The notes under the pieces were generated by a model. That model ran no database searches. It saw only the letters and a list, made by a program, of their open reading frames with translations, and was not told the DNA's origin. Positions 1 to 9,736 of a stretch of 29,729 bases of DNA are shown here, one piece after another. How positions within the stretch are numbered: position 1 is the first letter of the stretch; each line of letters begins with the position of its first letter. Both the position numbers and the translations under genes were made by a program. This DNA is from Macrostomum lignano (Eukaryota), in NCBI GenBank assembly GCA_002269645.1, contig NIVC01004975.1, forward strand, positions 1 to 29,729. Direction: 5' to 3'.

Positions 1-625
1 ACTGCAGCAACAGTCAAAAGTTCCACCCCACTAAGCGAGATGATTTTTTTCACTTATTGCGAGTGACGCAACCTACGGCACGCGCAAAGCTTATTGCCGC
101 TTGGGGGTGGCTTGGGTCTGCTTAATGGTCCAGGCCTGGACATTAAGCAGACCCAAGCCCAGGAACAACGCCCCGACACACCAAGCCGATGCTGGTAGTC
201 TACTGAAGGAACAGCTACAGCTGCGCACTCTGCGCTGGGCTACCCGGTCCCCAGACATGAATCCCATCGAGCATGTCTGGGACTTCCTAAAACGTAGCAT
301 TCGAAAAGAGAATCCACCATAGAATGTTGCGGAGAGCTCTGCGTCATGCCATTGAAAACGCTTCGGAGCGGCTTCCCCAGGACTTTCTGCACCGCCTCAT
401 CATTGGGATGCCCCGCAGAGTCGTCGCACTTCTGCGTGCGAGGGGATCCCACACGTATCGCGATTCTAACTGAATATTGCATAAATTTATGATTTTCCTA
501 CGAGTATTGATAGTCAATCAACTTTCCCTTCCTCGCGGCGGCTTAGTTGCGTAACTTGAGGGTTGAATTGTGAGTGTAAAGTTTTCGCAATTTGGAGGGT
601 GGAACTTTTGACTGTTGCTGAGTAT
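1..625 (+). mobile_element. Internally deleted (non-autonomous) Tc1/mariner DNA transposon, DD34E type
   Basis: Terminal inverted repeats: 1-28 ACTGCAGCAACAGTCAAAAGTTCCACCC versus 597-623 GGGTGGAACTTTTGACTGTTGCTGAGT (identical except one indel), followed by TATA (TA target). Encloses the transposase C-terminal fragment. Confidence 0.9.
161..473 (+). pseudogene. Tc1 transposase C-terminal fragment, inactivated
   Basis: Reads RNNAPTH...WATRSPDMNPIEHVWDFLKR. The N at 164-166 occupies the DNAPxH Asp position (D to N), with exactly 34 residues to the catalytic E. Stop at 320-322, then a frameshift into LRHAIENASERLPQDFLHRLIIGMPRRVVALLRARGSHTY, the typical Tc1 C-terminus. Confidence 0.9.
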
Positions 626-1894
626 ACTACTGAAAACTATCCACTTAGCTGGTTACGCCACCTGCTCTCCGCTGAGTCGTTCATACACTGAGTTGATCAT
701 CGCCAGTAAGTTCGCGTGTTTGAGTTACTACTTTCGGAATAGTTCTGGACTTGGGAAGTTTAAGGACGGACTGCCGACGCTTCGTGACGCGACCTCCGCT
801 CAGAATTTAAGTTCAGTCCGGCCAGCGGACTGAAGCGAACTCGCGCTCGCCGTTGGGGAGTTCTTTTAGTTCGATCAGACGGCTCGACACGACAGATCTA
901 CGACCATTGAGACAAATTTAACTTTGTCTCATTGAGACAAAGAGAATCATAATCAGTTATTTCATTTAGCTGGTTTAAATGCATAATAATTTTGCATACA
1001 AATATTTACAAATCTTATTGGCTTTAAAAAATTACACTATTTTGGCCATGCTTTTTTTAATATTTGTCAAATAATATATTCAGATTGCATACTAAGTAAT
1101 ATATAAATCCTTCCGGCTTTCTAGGGCAGAAAGGAGGAGAATCGAGGGCCGCCCTAGATAACCTGCTGGATTTGTATTCCTTCTTGATTTTGCGGGCGGG
1201 CCGAGAAACGACATTCTTCGGCTCGCGAGTCAAACTGCATTTGCTTCAGTCTAAGTTCAGTGCAAGTCCTGATTCTCGGCCCGCAAGAAAATGGAATTTG
1301 TCTATGGCACAAAATGCAAACTGTATTTCATTTTAGCTCTGAGCCTAAAAGAGCGACTGACAAAGTAATACACTCGTAATTAGTCTAACTTTTTATTAAA
1401 ACTGAATTTCATTAACTCCTGACCCGAGCGTTCTGAGAACATGACATCGCCTCCTTCTGACTCCTGTATAGAAGGAGGCGAGATTTCTGGATTGCAGCGC
1501 GAAGAAATCGACTTTGTATGCCAACTCCGTGGCCGTGGGCGAATGTTCAATCAGTACACTGGCTTGCCTGTGCCTGGAATTGGAGTCAGCAAGGCGCTCG
1601 ACAACGGCCTGTTGGATGATCTTATAAGTGATTTTCCTATAAGTAAATACCTCTGAACGCCATGTACTGTAAAGACGGCGTGGGTTGCACCACAAGACTA
1701 TATTAAATCGTTACTGTTGTCCTCTTTGTAATGTAACGATATATACCGATTTTTTACGCAATTACGCGCTTACGCAATTGCTGCCGAAAAAAATCGGCAC
1801 ATGTCATTATTGTACCCTTTTGACTTCCCTTGTCTATGGCCCAGACATAGTGCGGATGCTGAGTATGAAATGCGATTGTTGCCGGAATGCGCTT

Positions 1895-1991
1895 TGAAAG
1901 GGTTGTAGAGATAATCAATCGTCTATGGCAAATTTAGTTGCTCTCTAAATGAAAGGGTTGTAGAGATAATTAATCGTTTATGGCAAATTTA
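1895..1991. repeat. 42-bp direct duplication (1895-1936 and 1950-1991)
   Basis: TGAAAGGGTTGTAGAGATAAT(C/T)AATCGT(C/T)TATGGCAAATTTA occurs twice with 2 mismatches, 55-bp period. Confidence 0.9.
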
Positions 1992-2197
1992 AAGGACAGT
2001 GAAGACAGCTAGCCTGGCTGCCATAAGTTTATTCTCAAGTTGATTTTGAGCTTGAATTAATTCTCCTATTCGGAGTGCAAATAGGAAAAGTAGCTATGAT
2101 TCGCTACGCAAACATTCCTGGCGGAGAAATATGTGGACTCTCCACGGACGAGTTGGCTTTTGTCACCTGAGAGTCGAGCACGCGCTACGTTCTGGAG

Positions 2198-2589
2198 ATG
2201 GACAACCTGGATGCGTCGTCCAGTTCCAACGGGCTGCCTGAGCTAGGTAGCGAAGATCTGGAAATGTTGGACCGACTTGAGAGTGACTCAGTGCCGAAAT
2301 CGACCGAGACGCAACGGAAGCTTCACGTGGCAAGGTTCCGACAGTTCCTCAACGAGAAGGGGCTCTGCCAGGAGACATGGACTGTGTGGCCCGAATGAGC
2401 GCTTGTCTGGCTGCCTATGGGTCCAAAGTCACCAAGATTGACGACGATGCGGAATCCACCATCGAAAGTGTGACAACTGGGTCTGATAGAGGCGAGCTGA
2501 TGAAAGCACCCGAGGGCGGCCAAGACCTGCCGAGAAGCCTCTGTGGTGGTCAGTTCCACAACTGCACATTCAACTTTTACGGAAAGTAA
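2198..2589 (+). pseudogene. Crypton/DUF3504-like tyrosine recombinase remnant: N- and C-termini only, catalytic core deleted
   Basis: N-part EDLEMLDRLESDSVPKSTETQRKLHVARFRQFLNEKG resembles the xPKNT...F..(W/F)L..(R/K) start of DUF3504/KIAA1958/Crypton proteins. C-part RMSACL...GGQFHNCTFNFYGK* resembles their MS..L segment and FxNCTFNF tail. Recognised from memory, not searched. Confidence 0.55.
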
Positions 2590-5500
2590 AACAATTGATT
2601 CGATCGGTTTGTTCTTAAGAACTTTTTGTGACTATGAAACACTTTCGCCGTGTTGCTATTGTTGTTCCTTGTTTTGATAGCCAAATACATTCGTCTGAAA
2701 TCCGGCAACAATCGAAAAAAGCCGACAAACAATTAAATTGTTACCGCAAGTATGAATGCCGGAAACCATAGACAAAAGGGTACAATGTTAACGTTGTACG
2801 TTGTCGTACTTTTAAAGTTTTAAATACAATCGTTTCGGCTTCGTCTATGGCCCAGCCCGATATCGGGCAGAGAATGGGCCATTTCTAAGCAGTCTTGCCC
2901 GCAAAATCAAGCAGGAATTATCAATAATCTATGCCCATCGGACAGAAAACCTGCTATTTCATTAAAATTTGATACTTACACTACTCTACAATAGTTTCAT
3001 AGTATAATCTTTTATCAAATACTGATAGACAATGCCTGTAGGAGTACTTGGGATACTGCTGCCGGTAGAAGCTTTTAATCACCTGGCAGAGCGACTTATT
3101 GGGAATTCTCTGCCCTTACAGCCATGAGACCATGATTATATGCTAAATTCTCGTTCCCATTTTTTTAGCCTTAATATGAAGCAGCAGGGAACTACTTTGT
3201 AATGTTAATATTTCTGCAGTGTTTAATCGCGATAAATTCCTAAACTGACAACTATGACAATTATCAGTGACTAAGAAATTCTTTGCGTTTTCGGGTGAGC
3301 TCATAGAACTTAAAAAAAAACTGGTGCGGATATCGAGTAGTGAGTTTGACAAACTTAAAACATGTAGAAAGTCACAGTGACAAGCGCAGGGCACTGTTGC
3401 GCTGTTTGACCGTAATAAGGGGATTTGGTGGGCGCGTTAAACTCTCTACCAAGCGCTTTAAAAAAATTGAATTGCGAAAGCATTACAGAAGCGGTAGAGG
3501 CGGCCCATCGCTAATCCACCGCTGCAGCACCTGTGTCTGTCTGGCCTTTAAAAAAGCTTGGCATGCATGCGCTAAATCAAACGCACGTTTCCTACCAGTG
3601 CATTTTCCAATGCTTTTAGGCATGACAATTTAATGAGGCTCAAAGCTCTCCTGCTTGAGTATGGCTTTAGACGGAGCTTGCCGACGTCCAGATTCGGCAG
3701 ATCCCCAACCCTCATCAGTTATATTAGGCCATGGCCTTACTTATTGAGGTAATTATGCCCAGAGTTTTATAAATATCCTAATGATTGATTCTTTGAAAAA
3801 CCATTAAAAAGCTATTTAGAGGCTTCCATGTGGTCTATTTTAATAAACAAAATGGATCAAACATGTCAAAATTATTGCCAAATAAATATATCATTAGTAT
3901 GGCTAGCCTTACTCACAATTACTTTGCATATCCTTGAAGGCTCGTCCATATCGCTGTCGAATAAGCTGTAGCAGTATTGTCCAAGCTGGTTAACAATCAA
4001 TCATTCGTTAGTTACTTCATTTGTGTACAATTATAATGCGTATATTCCGTAGAGAAACTACCACAATGATAGATTGTGTAAATGGTTTTGGAGGCAGACA
4101 ATGATTATTTAAGGCTGCTAAAGATACATTCATGAAACATTCGCCACTCGTAAAAAGTAGTGATTTCGAAGTGTTGAATAATAAGCGTACAGCATGGGAC
4201 AATGTCTTGTCTAGGACTTTTGTATCCTGGTTGCTTCTGACGTCTATGGCTATGTTAACTTAAAAAACAGGTCAGAAGGCAAGTTGAGAAGCATGAGCGG
4301 TCTTCTTTTATCGCTATAGCTTCACCCCGTTTTCACCCCAACTGCAATCAACTCTTGTTCTTAAATGTAGCAGCCGCTACATAGCATCAAACCGTGCACA
4401 CCACCGAAAATTCTGCATCTGATATAGAAACACATTGACCCTACTCATCGTATTTGACGGCCGAGCAACGAGCTTTATACAAGCGTAGGGTACCCCTTGA
4501 TACAGACGCTCAATTCAACCAGTGGCTTGGATGCGCATCATTCCACAGAACTTACCCAGAATGCTCAATCAGCGATTTTATGAAATTAAACTGCGTAGAA
4601 ATAGAGATGCGTACAAACTACTAATCCGGTGAAGAAACATAAGTAGCCATAGATCTCACAAGAAGTAGGAAGAAACTAGAAGTGGGAAGCAGAAATGGAA
4701 TAGCGAGCAGCGTTGGACAAAGGTTTGTTAAAAATGTTGCTTGTATTTCTTTACTACCAATGTAAAAAAGTTGTTTGAACTTTTATCGCGTAGTTTTGGT
4801 AAACGATTCGCAGGAAAATGATCAGTTCTACAATGCGCCGACCCAAACCCAAAGCCGGTGACCCATGACCTGCAACACGCTGCACCCACGCATTAACTGT
4901 GACTTGTAGTTCTACAATTATAAATCAATGATAAGAGCTAAAGTGTATCAAAAACGTTTATTCGATTAGGTTGGGCAAATATTCAGTATTTAAAAATGTA
5001 ACTAAATTCGTTAAATACACTCAAGCAGTTATAATTTGATTTATAATGAACTTACACAGATTCTTAGTTTCTGAAATTCTGAGCTGGTACTTCTCCCTGC
5101 TGCAGCTTTTCTTCGGTGGAAACTTTCCGGCTAGCAACTTAAGACCCGATCTACATGTATTTGGCTTGTCTTGAAAAAGCATTATTGACATTGCTGTTCG
5201 CGTGCTGCTATCTCTCACTCTTTTGTGCGCTTCCCTTCCTCTTGCTGATAGGCATTCAAAGTTATCGGGTTGCCAATTCCATCTCATTGAATGTAAGTTT
5301 GCTAGTTAAATATAAAACATCGGAGCTGGCTCACTTAAGAGCTTTCTGATTCTTAGGATACTAGCACTTGTCAAGGATCTCAGCCGTTGCGCTTCGTAAT
5401 CACAGACTAGTTTTGTCTCGGCTCTCTTAAATGTAAGTGACACATCTATCTGTGTTATCCGCACAGTTGCACATATTCCGTTTGATTTAGCGTACCGGTT

Positions 5501-5924
5501 TGCTGAATTTCCTATCCTTGCGACATGATTGGCAGAAGACAATGGTGTGGTGTTTCAATTGACAAGAACTTTTCGTTTTTAAGGAAAATGTTTGATTAGC
5601 TACTTAAGACCTTATCGATTCTCTGAGAGAACAAACACTTGCTTTTGAGACTCGAGGTGGTTGAAAAAGAATGGCGAAAGCTGACAAATACTATACAGTA
5701 CGTCAATCTCTACATGCATGCCCTGCAGCTGATATAACCTACTGGCATCGGTAAAGCTGTGGGCAGCTGTTGCCAAGGCAGAGAGTTATTTGATACGCTA
5801 AAAAATAAACTCTTAGAAAGAAAGCAACGCTTTTAAAAATTATCTGCCTTAAAATAAGCCATAAATTCTGAGCTGCAACTCTCGTGAACACAGTTGCTGT
5901 GAATTTACCCTCGTTAAGCAGACA

Positions 5925-6662
5925 ATGAGCATTAATCTCTTGATATTCATGGCTCTGGGCCTCACGCTCGGCAGTGACAACCAGCAGCTGTATGTCCTCA
6001 TCAACGGATATCTCTGCATCAACGGCGAGTTTGTTGAGACCTACTCAAGCGAACTCAATAAAGTCGGGTGCGCCGCTCTGTGCGCCCAAAACCAGCGCTG
6101 TCAGGCGTTCAGCCTGGCTGACGGTCCGTGCCAGCTGTTCGTGTTCGACAAGTGCAGCAAGTCGGTGAGGAGCTGCGGCTGCTCCAGGAGAGGCCGGGTG
6201 TTCGTCAAGCAACGGCCGGGACTCGAGGCGGGCGCGCTGTGTCCGTCTGGCTACGGCATGGACCTGTGCGGAGTGAAGTACAGGCTGTACTCTGGCATCG
6301 GGACGTGGCGGTCTAGCAAGCAGAAGTGCGAGTCAGAGAGCGGTCTGGTCATCATGGCCGACGTGACCAGCGATCAGGAGATGAGCCATGTGAACTCCAT
6401 CTACTCGAGTTACAGCTCTGGACAGTCGATTTGGCTCGGAGGCCTCCAGCCAGCAGGCAGTGCTGAGCCGGCTGGCGGCTGGTACTGGGTCGGCTGCAAT
6501 GACACCGTGGACGCTGCTCTGTGGGCCAACAATGAGCCAAACAATAAGGGTAACGAAAATGCTATAACTAGATATCGTACTTTAGCTGGTCTGACCGACT
6601 GTAGCGAGACAACCTCTGCCACGTCTACCGTCTTGTGCGAGTGCATCTCGCCCTTCACCTAA
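5925..6662 (+). CDS. Secreted PAN/apple-domain + C-type lectin domain protein, 245 aa, intronless
   Basis: Hydrophobic signal peptide MSINLLIFMALGLTLG. PAN-like C-x3-C-x5-C...C pattern (CAALCAQNQRCQAFSLADGPCQL). CTLD motifs CPSG, W..SKQKC, IWLGG, WYW, W..NEPNN, LTDC, VLCE. GC-rich coding composition against AT-rich flanks; AATAAA downstream. Confidence 0.9.
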   Translation: MSINLLIFMALGLTLGSDNQQLYVLINGYLCINGEFVETYSSELNKVGCAALCAQNQRCQAFSLADGPCQLFVFDKCSKSVRSCGCSRRGRVFVKQRPGLEAGALCPSGYGMDLCGVKYRLYSGIGTWRSSKQKCESESGLVIMADVTSDQEMSHVNSIYSSYSSGQSIWLGGLQPAGSAEPAGGWYWVGCNDTVDAALWANNEPNNKGNENAITRYRTLAGLTDCSETTSATSTVLCECISPFT

Positions 6663-6720
6663 CGCCCGGATGTCGCGCCGTCACAATTAGCTGATGTCAA
6701 CTGCAGAAATCGATCTTTAG

Positions 6721-6726
6721 AATAAA
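6721..6726 (+). terminator. Polyadenylation signal of the lectin gene
   Basis: AATAAA 59 nt after the stop codon, followed by a GT/T-rich stretch. Confidence 0.6.
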
Positions 6727-6912
6727 TCTGTGTAAAAACTGTTGTTTAGAGGATGGGATTTATCAAGAGGATAAGTAGCAACGAATTAGCTTACCGTTTT
6801 TTACAAGCAAAAGAGCCTTCCTTAATGCCAGTAGTGGCTTAATATTTGTCAAGTGTTTTAAGCGCTAATAAGGCACTTAAACATGCCTTCAGCCTGTGAG
6901 ATGAGATGAGAT

Positions 6913-7538
6913 CGCTTCCGGACATTTGCCCTCCGGCACTTCCCCTCCGGCACTTGCCCTCCGGCACTTCCCCTCGGCGGCGTTTGCCCTCCGGACATTT
7001 GCCCTCCGGGACATTTGCCCTCCGGACATTTGCCCTCCGGACATTTCCCCTCGGGGACATTTGCCCTCGGGGACATTTGCCCTCCGGACATTTGCCCTCC
7101 GGACATTTGCCCTCCGGACATTTCCCCTCCGCACATTTGCCCTCTGCAAATTTACCCCCTCGCACATTACTCACCTCACCTCCTCCTGTACCCACCCGTC
7201 GTTCCTCCAGCACCAACCTCATCCTCCCGCCTCTTGCATCCATCAGGTTCTTCTCCAGCCAACAACTCATCCTTTTCTAGTAAGCAATATATACCCGCGC
7301 CCTACCCTATCCCCAGCCTTACCTGTACTTTTCCAGACGGGAAATGTCCGGAGGGCAAATGTCCGGAGGGGAAATGTCCCCGAGGGCAAATGTCCCCGAG
7401 GGCAAATGTCCGGAGGGCAAATGTCCGGAGGGCAAATGTCCCCGAGGGCAAATGTCCTCGAGGGCAAATGTCCGGAGGGGAAATGCCGGAGGGCAAATGT
7501 CCGGAGGGCAAATGCCGGAGGGCAAATGTCCGGTAGCC
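6913..7538. mobile_element. Foldback/MITE-like element whose arms are tandem 15-bp GGACATTTGCCCTCC repeats
   Basis: Left arm about 6913-7160 in one orientation, right arm about 7337-7538 as reverse complement (GGAGGGCAAATGTCC), with a C-rich spacer. Termini CGCTTCCGGACA / rc GGCTACCGGACA. GATGAGAT flanks both ends (6905-6912, 7539-7546). Confidence 0.8.
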
Positions 7539-8286
7539 GATGAGATAAATGTGGTATGAGGGATGTGGAAGAGAGAATAAGAGAGGTGACAGAAGTGAGG
7601 AGAGACGAGAGGAGGATGAGAGGAAAGTAGATAAGAGGAGAGAACTTAGAAGAGACACTAACTAATAGGCCGGATTGCAACAGCAAAGTTTCAAAGGACT
7701 CGAAGGCAGGATAGAGAGGCTTCACTGGCCGCAGCATACAGTAACAGTACTACAGCGGCGACGTGTAGTACTTTTCTTTAAAAAAAATTTCATCACTTTA
7801 GCAACAAACTTAATGATCACTTCAGCTGTCCATTTTTACTGTCCAGATAGCTTAAAGCCGTAGGAGCGATGAATGCTAAAAATTGACTGTTCCAATCTCA
7901 TTGCTTTAAATAGTAATTGTTTCGACACAAACTGCAGATCATTGCAACTATTCATAAAAAAACTATTTTCCATAATTTTCTTGAGTGTCATTTTAAGAAA
8001 TAGTTTCCAAATTCATAACTCAGCGCCGACGAACAAAAAGTGAACTAAAGTTTCTAAATGAACTAGAGAACTAAACTACTGAGTTAAACTATTGAGTATT
8101 GAACTAAAGTGAGCACGGAGCAGGTTAGGGGAGCTTGTCGAACTGGGCTAATAGAGCTCCTGAGGGGATGGGATGGCCCAGGAAACCATATTCCGTCCCT
8201 GACTATAGCATAGTAGGGGACAATTTAGTCCCATAATCTGCTTTGTTTACTTTAGCAAAGGGCAAAGTCCAAGGGTGCCGAGTATT

Positions 8287-9097
8287 GTAGGGAGGAGAGA
8301 GGCGGCAGAGAGAAGGACAGGTCGTAGGGAGAAAATAGGGGGCAGAGAGGACAAGGTCGTAGGGAGGAGAGAGGCGGCAGAGAGGACAAGGTCGTAGGGA
8401 GGAGAGAGGCGGCAGAGAGGACAGGTCGTAGGGAGGAGAGAGGCGGCAGAGAGGACAAGGTCGTAGGGAGGAGAGAGGCGGCAGAGAGGACAAGGTCGTA
8501 GGGAGGAGAGAGGCGGCAGAGAGGACAAGGTCGTAGGGAGGAGAGAGGCGGCAGAGAGGACAAGGTCGTAGGGAGGAGAGAGGCGGCAGAGAGGACAAGG
8601 TCGTAGGGAGGAGAGAGGCGGCAGAGAGGACAAGGTCGTAGGGAGGAGAGAGGCGGCAGAGAGGACAAGGTCGTAGGGAGGAGAGAGGCGGCAGAGAGGA
8701 CAAGGTCGTAGGGAGGAGAGAGGCGGCAGAGAGGACAAGGTCGTAGGGAGGAGAGAGGCGGCAGAGAGGACAAGGTCGTAGGGAGGAGAGAGGCGGCAGA
8801 GAGGACAAGGTCGTAGGGAGGAGAGAGGCGGCAGAGAGGACAAGGTCGTAGGGAGGAGAGAGGCGGCAGAGAGGACAAGGTCGTAGGGAGGAGAGAGGCG
8901 GCAGAGAGGACAAGGTCGTAGGGAGGAGAGAGGCGGCAGAGAGGACAAGGTCGTAGGGAGGAGAGAGGCGGCAGAGAGGACAAGGTCGTAGGGAGGAGAG
9001 AGGCGGCAGAGAGGACAAGGTCGTAGGGAGGAGAGAGGCGGCAGAGAGGACAAGGTCGTAGGGAGAAGATAGGGGGCAGAGAGGACAGGTCGTAGGG
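8287..9097. repeat. 35-bp purine-rich minisatellite, about 23 copies
   Basis: Unit GTCGTAGGGAGGAGAGAGGCGGCAGAGAGGACAAG in head-to-tail copies with no spacers. Central copies are identical; variant units occur near both edges. Confidence 0.97.
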
Positions 9098-9137
9098 AGT
9101 ATCAGAGTATCAGAGTATCAGATTACCTGAGTATCAG
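9098..9137. repeat. 8-bp AGTATCAG tandem repeat, 5 units (one diverged)
   Basis: Directly visible, between the minisatellite and the Gypsy remnant. Confidence 0.85.
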
Positions 9138-9736
9138 AATTTGCCAGGTTATGTGCGCCAGTTCGAAGACAGAATTAATGAGACCACCGCCCTAGCAAAA
9201 AAGAGAATCCGTGCTCAGCAGGATTTGCGCGAAGATCACTTTGCCGGGAAACCACAAGTGAAGCCGCTGCAGCCAGGACAATTAGTGTTCTTGGCGAATC
9301 CAGTGCTAGAGGCAGGTGAGGCACCAAAATTCCTAGACCGCGGGAGGCCGTCTATGAGGTGATCGAGCAGAAAGGCCAGTTGGTCTACAAGATCCGTCGC
9401 CAGGTCAAAAACACTCGAAAAAAGTGCTCGTAGTGTACCGGAAGAATCTGCACCCCGTGCAAACTGCTGACTATCTGCCACAGGTCGTAGACGCATTGAA
9501 CCCAACGTACAAACAGCGACGTCAACCGGCGCCGTCAACCGGCGCCGTCAACCGGCGCCACAGGCTACTACCAAAGCGCCCGGCTGCCACGCTGAGCCCT
9601 GCACTGAGAAATCCGACGAGGATGAATACGAGAGCATCGTCGACTTGAATAGGGCGCACCCAGCTGGCGTCGCCGCGGCGCTGTGGACAACTCGCTTGCC
9701 GCTGCAAGCGCGATCGCGAGGCGCCAATGTCAAAAC
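9129..9736 (+). pseudogene. Ty3/Gypsy pol remnant: post-integrase region with a GPY/F-like module (5' part)
   Basis: LPGYVRQFEDRINE...LQPGQLVFLANP...PKFLDR / EAVYEVIEQKGQLVYKIRR / VVYRKNLHPV matches the Gypsy KF.P.W.GPY.V...Y.I...VVH..NL.P layout. Frameshifts near 9343 and 9420; 13-bp triplication at 9521-9559. Confidence 0.8.

Larger units (their letters stand above)
1176..2918 (+). mobile_element. Putative non-autonomous Crypton-like (tyrosine recombinase) element; boundaries approximate
   Basis: 22-bp inverted repeat 1176-1197 / 2897-2918 (1 mismatch). Second inverted pair 1809-1839 / 2766-2786. Recurring GTCTATGG motif at 1300, 1832, 1921, 2843 and reverse complement at 2766. Encloses the DUF3504-like coding remnant. 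Confidence 0.45.

Noticed and set aside
630-900. GC-richer block after the Tc1 element as an LTR/PBS region
   Set aside because: No TG...CA LTR pair or convincing tRNA primer-binding site; all frames contain stops.
1396-1897. Small ORFs 1441-1656, 1396-1695 and 1685-1897
   Set aside because: Short, overlapping on both strands, no recognisable motif; possibly decayed element sequence.
3950-5560. Coding-like stretches with scattered stops
   Set aside because: Some frames look protein-like but are interrupted repeatedly, and I recognise no domain; needs a translated search.
6839-7737. Multiple ORFs with EGKCP/GHLPS/RRANV repeats
   Set aside because: Artefacts of the 15-bp arrays, open in many frames on both strands.
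8185-8201. CCATATTCCGTCCCTG as a right hAT-like TIR
   Set aside because: No matching CAGGGACGG left end or TSD found in the window.
8203-9053. 243-271 aa minus-strand ORFs
   Set aside because: They are translations of the 35-bp minisatellite, open in all three frames because the pyrimidine strand lacks stops.
8287-9097. 35-bp repeat array as a CRISPR array
   Set aside because: Repeats are head-to-tail with no unique spacers, there are no cas genes, and the context is eukaryotic.
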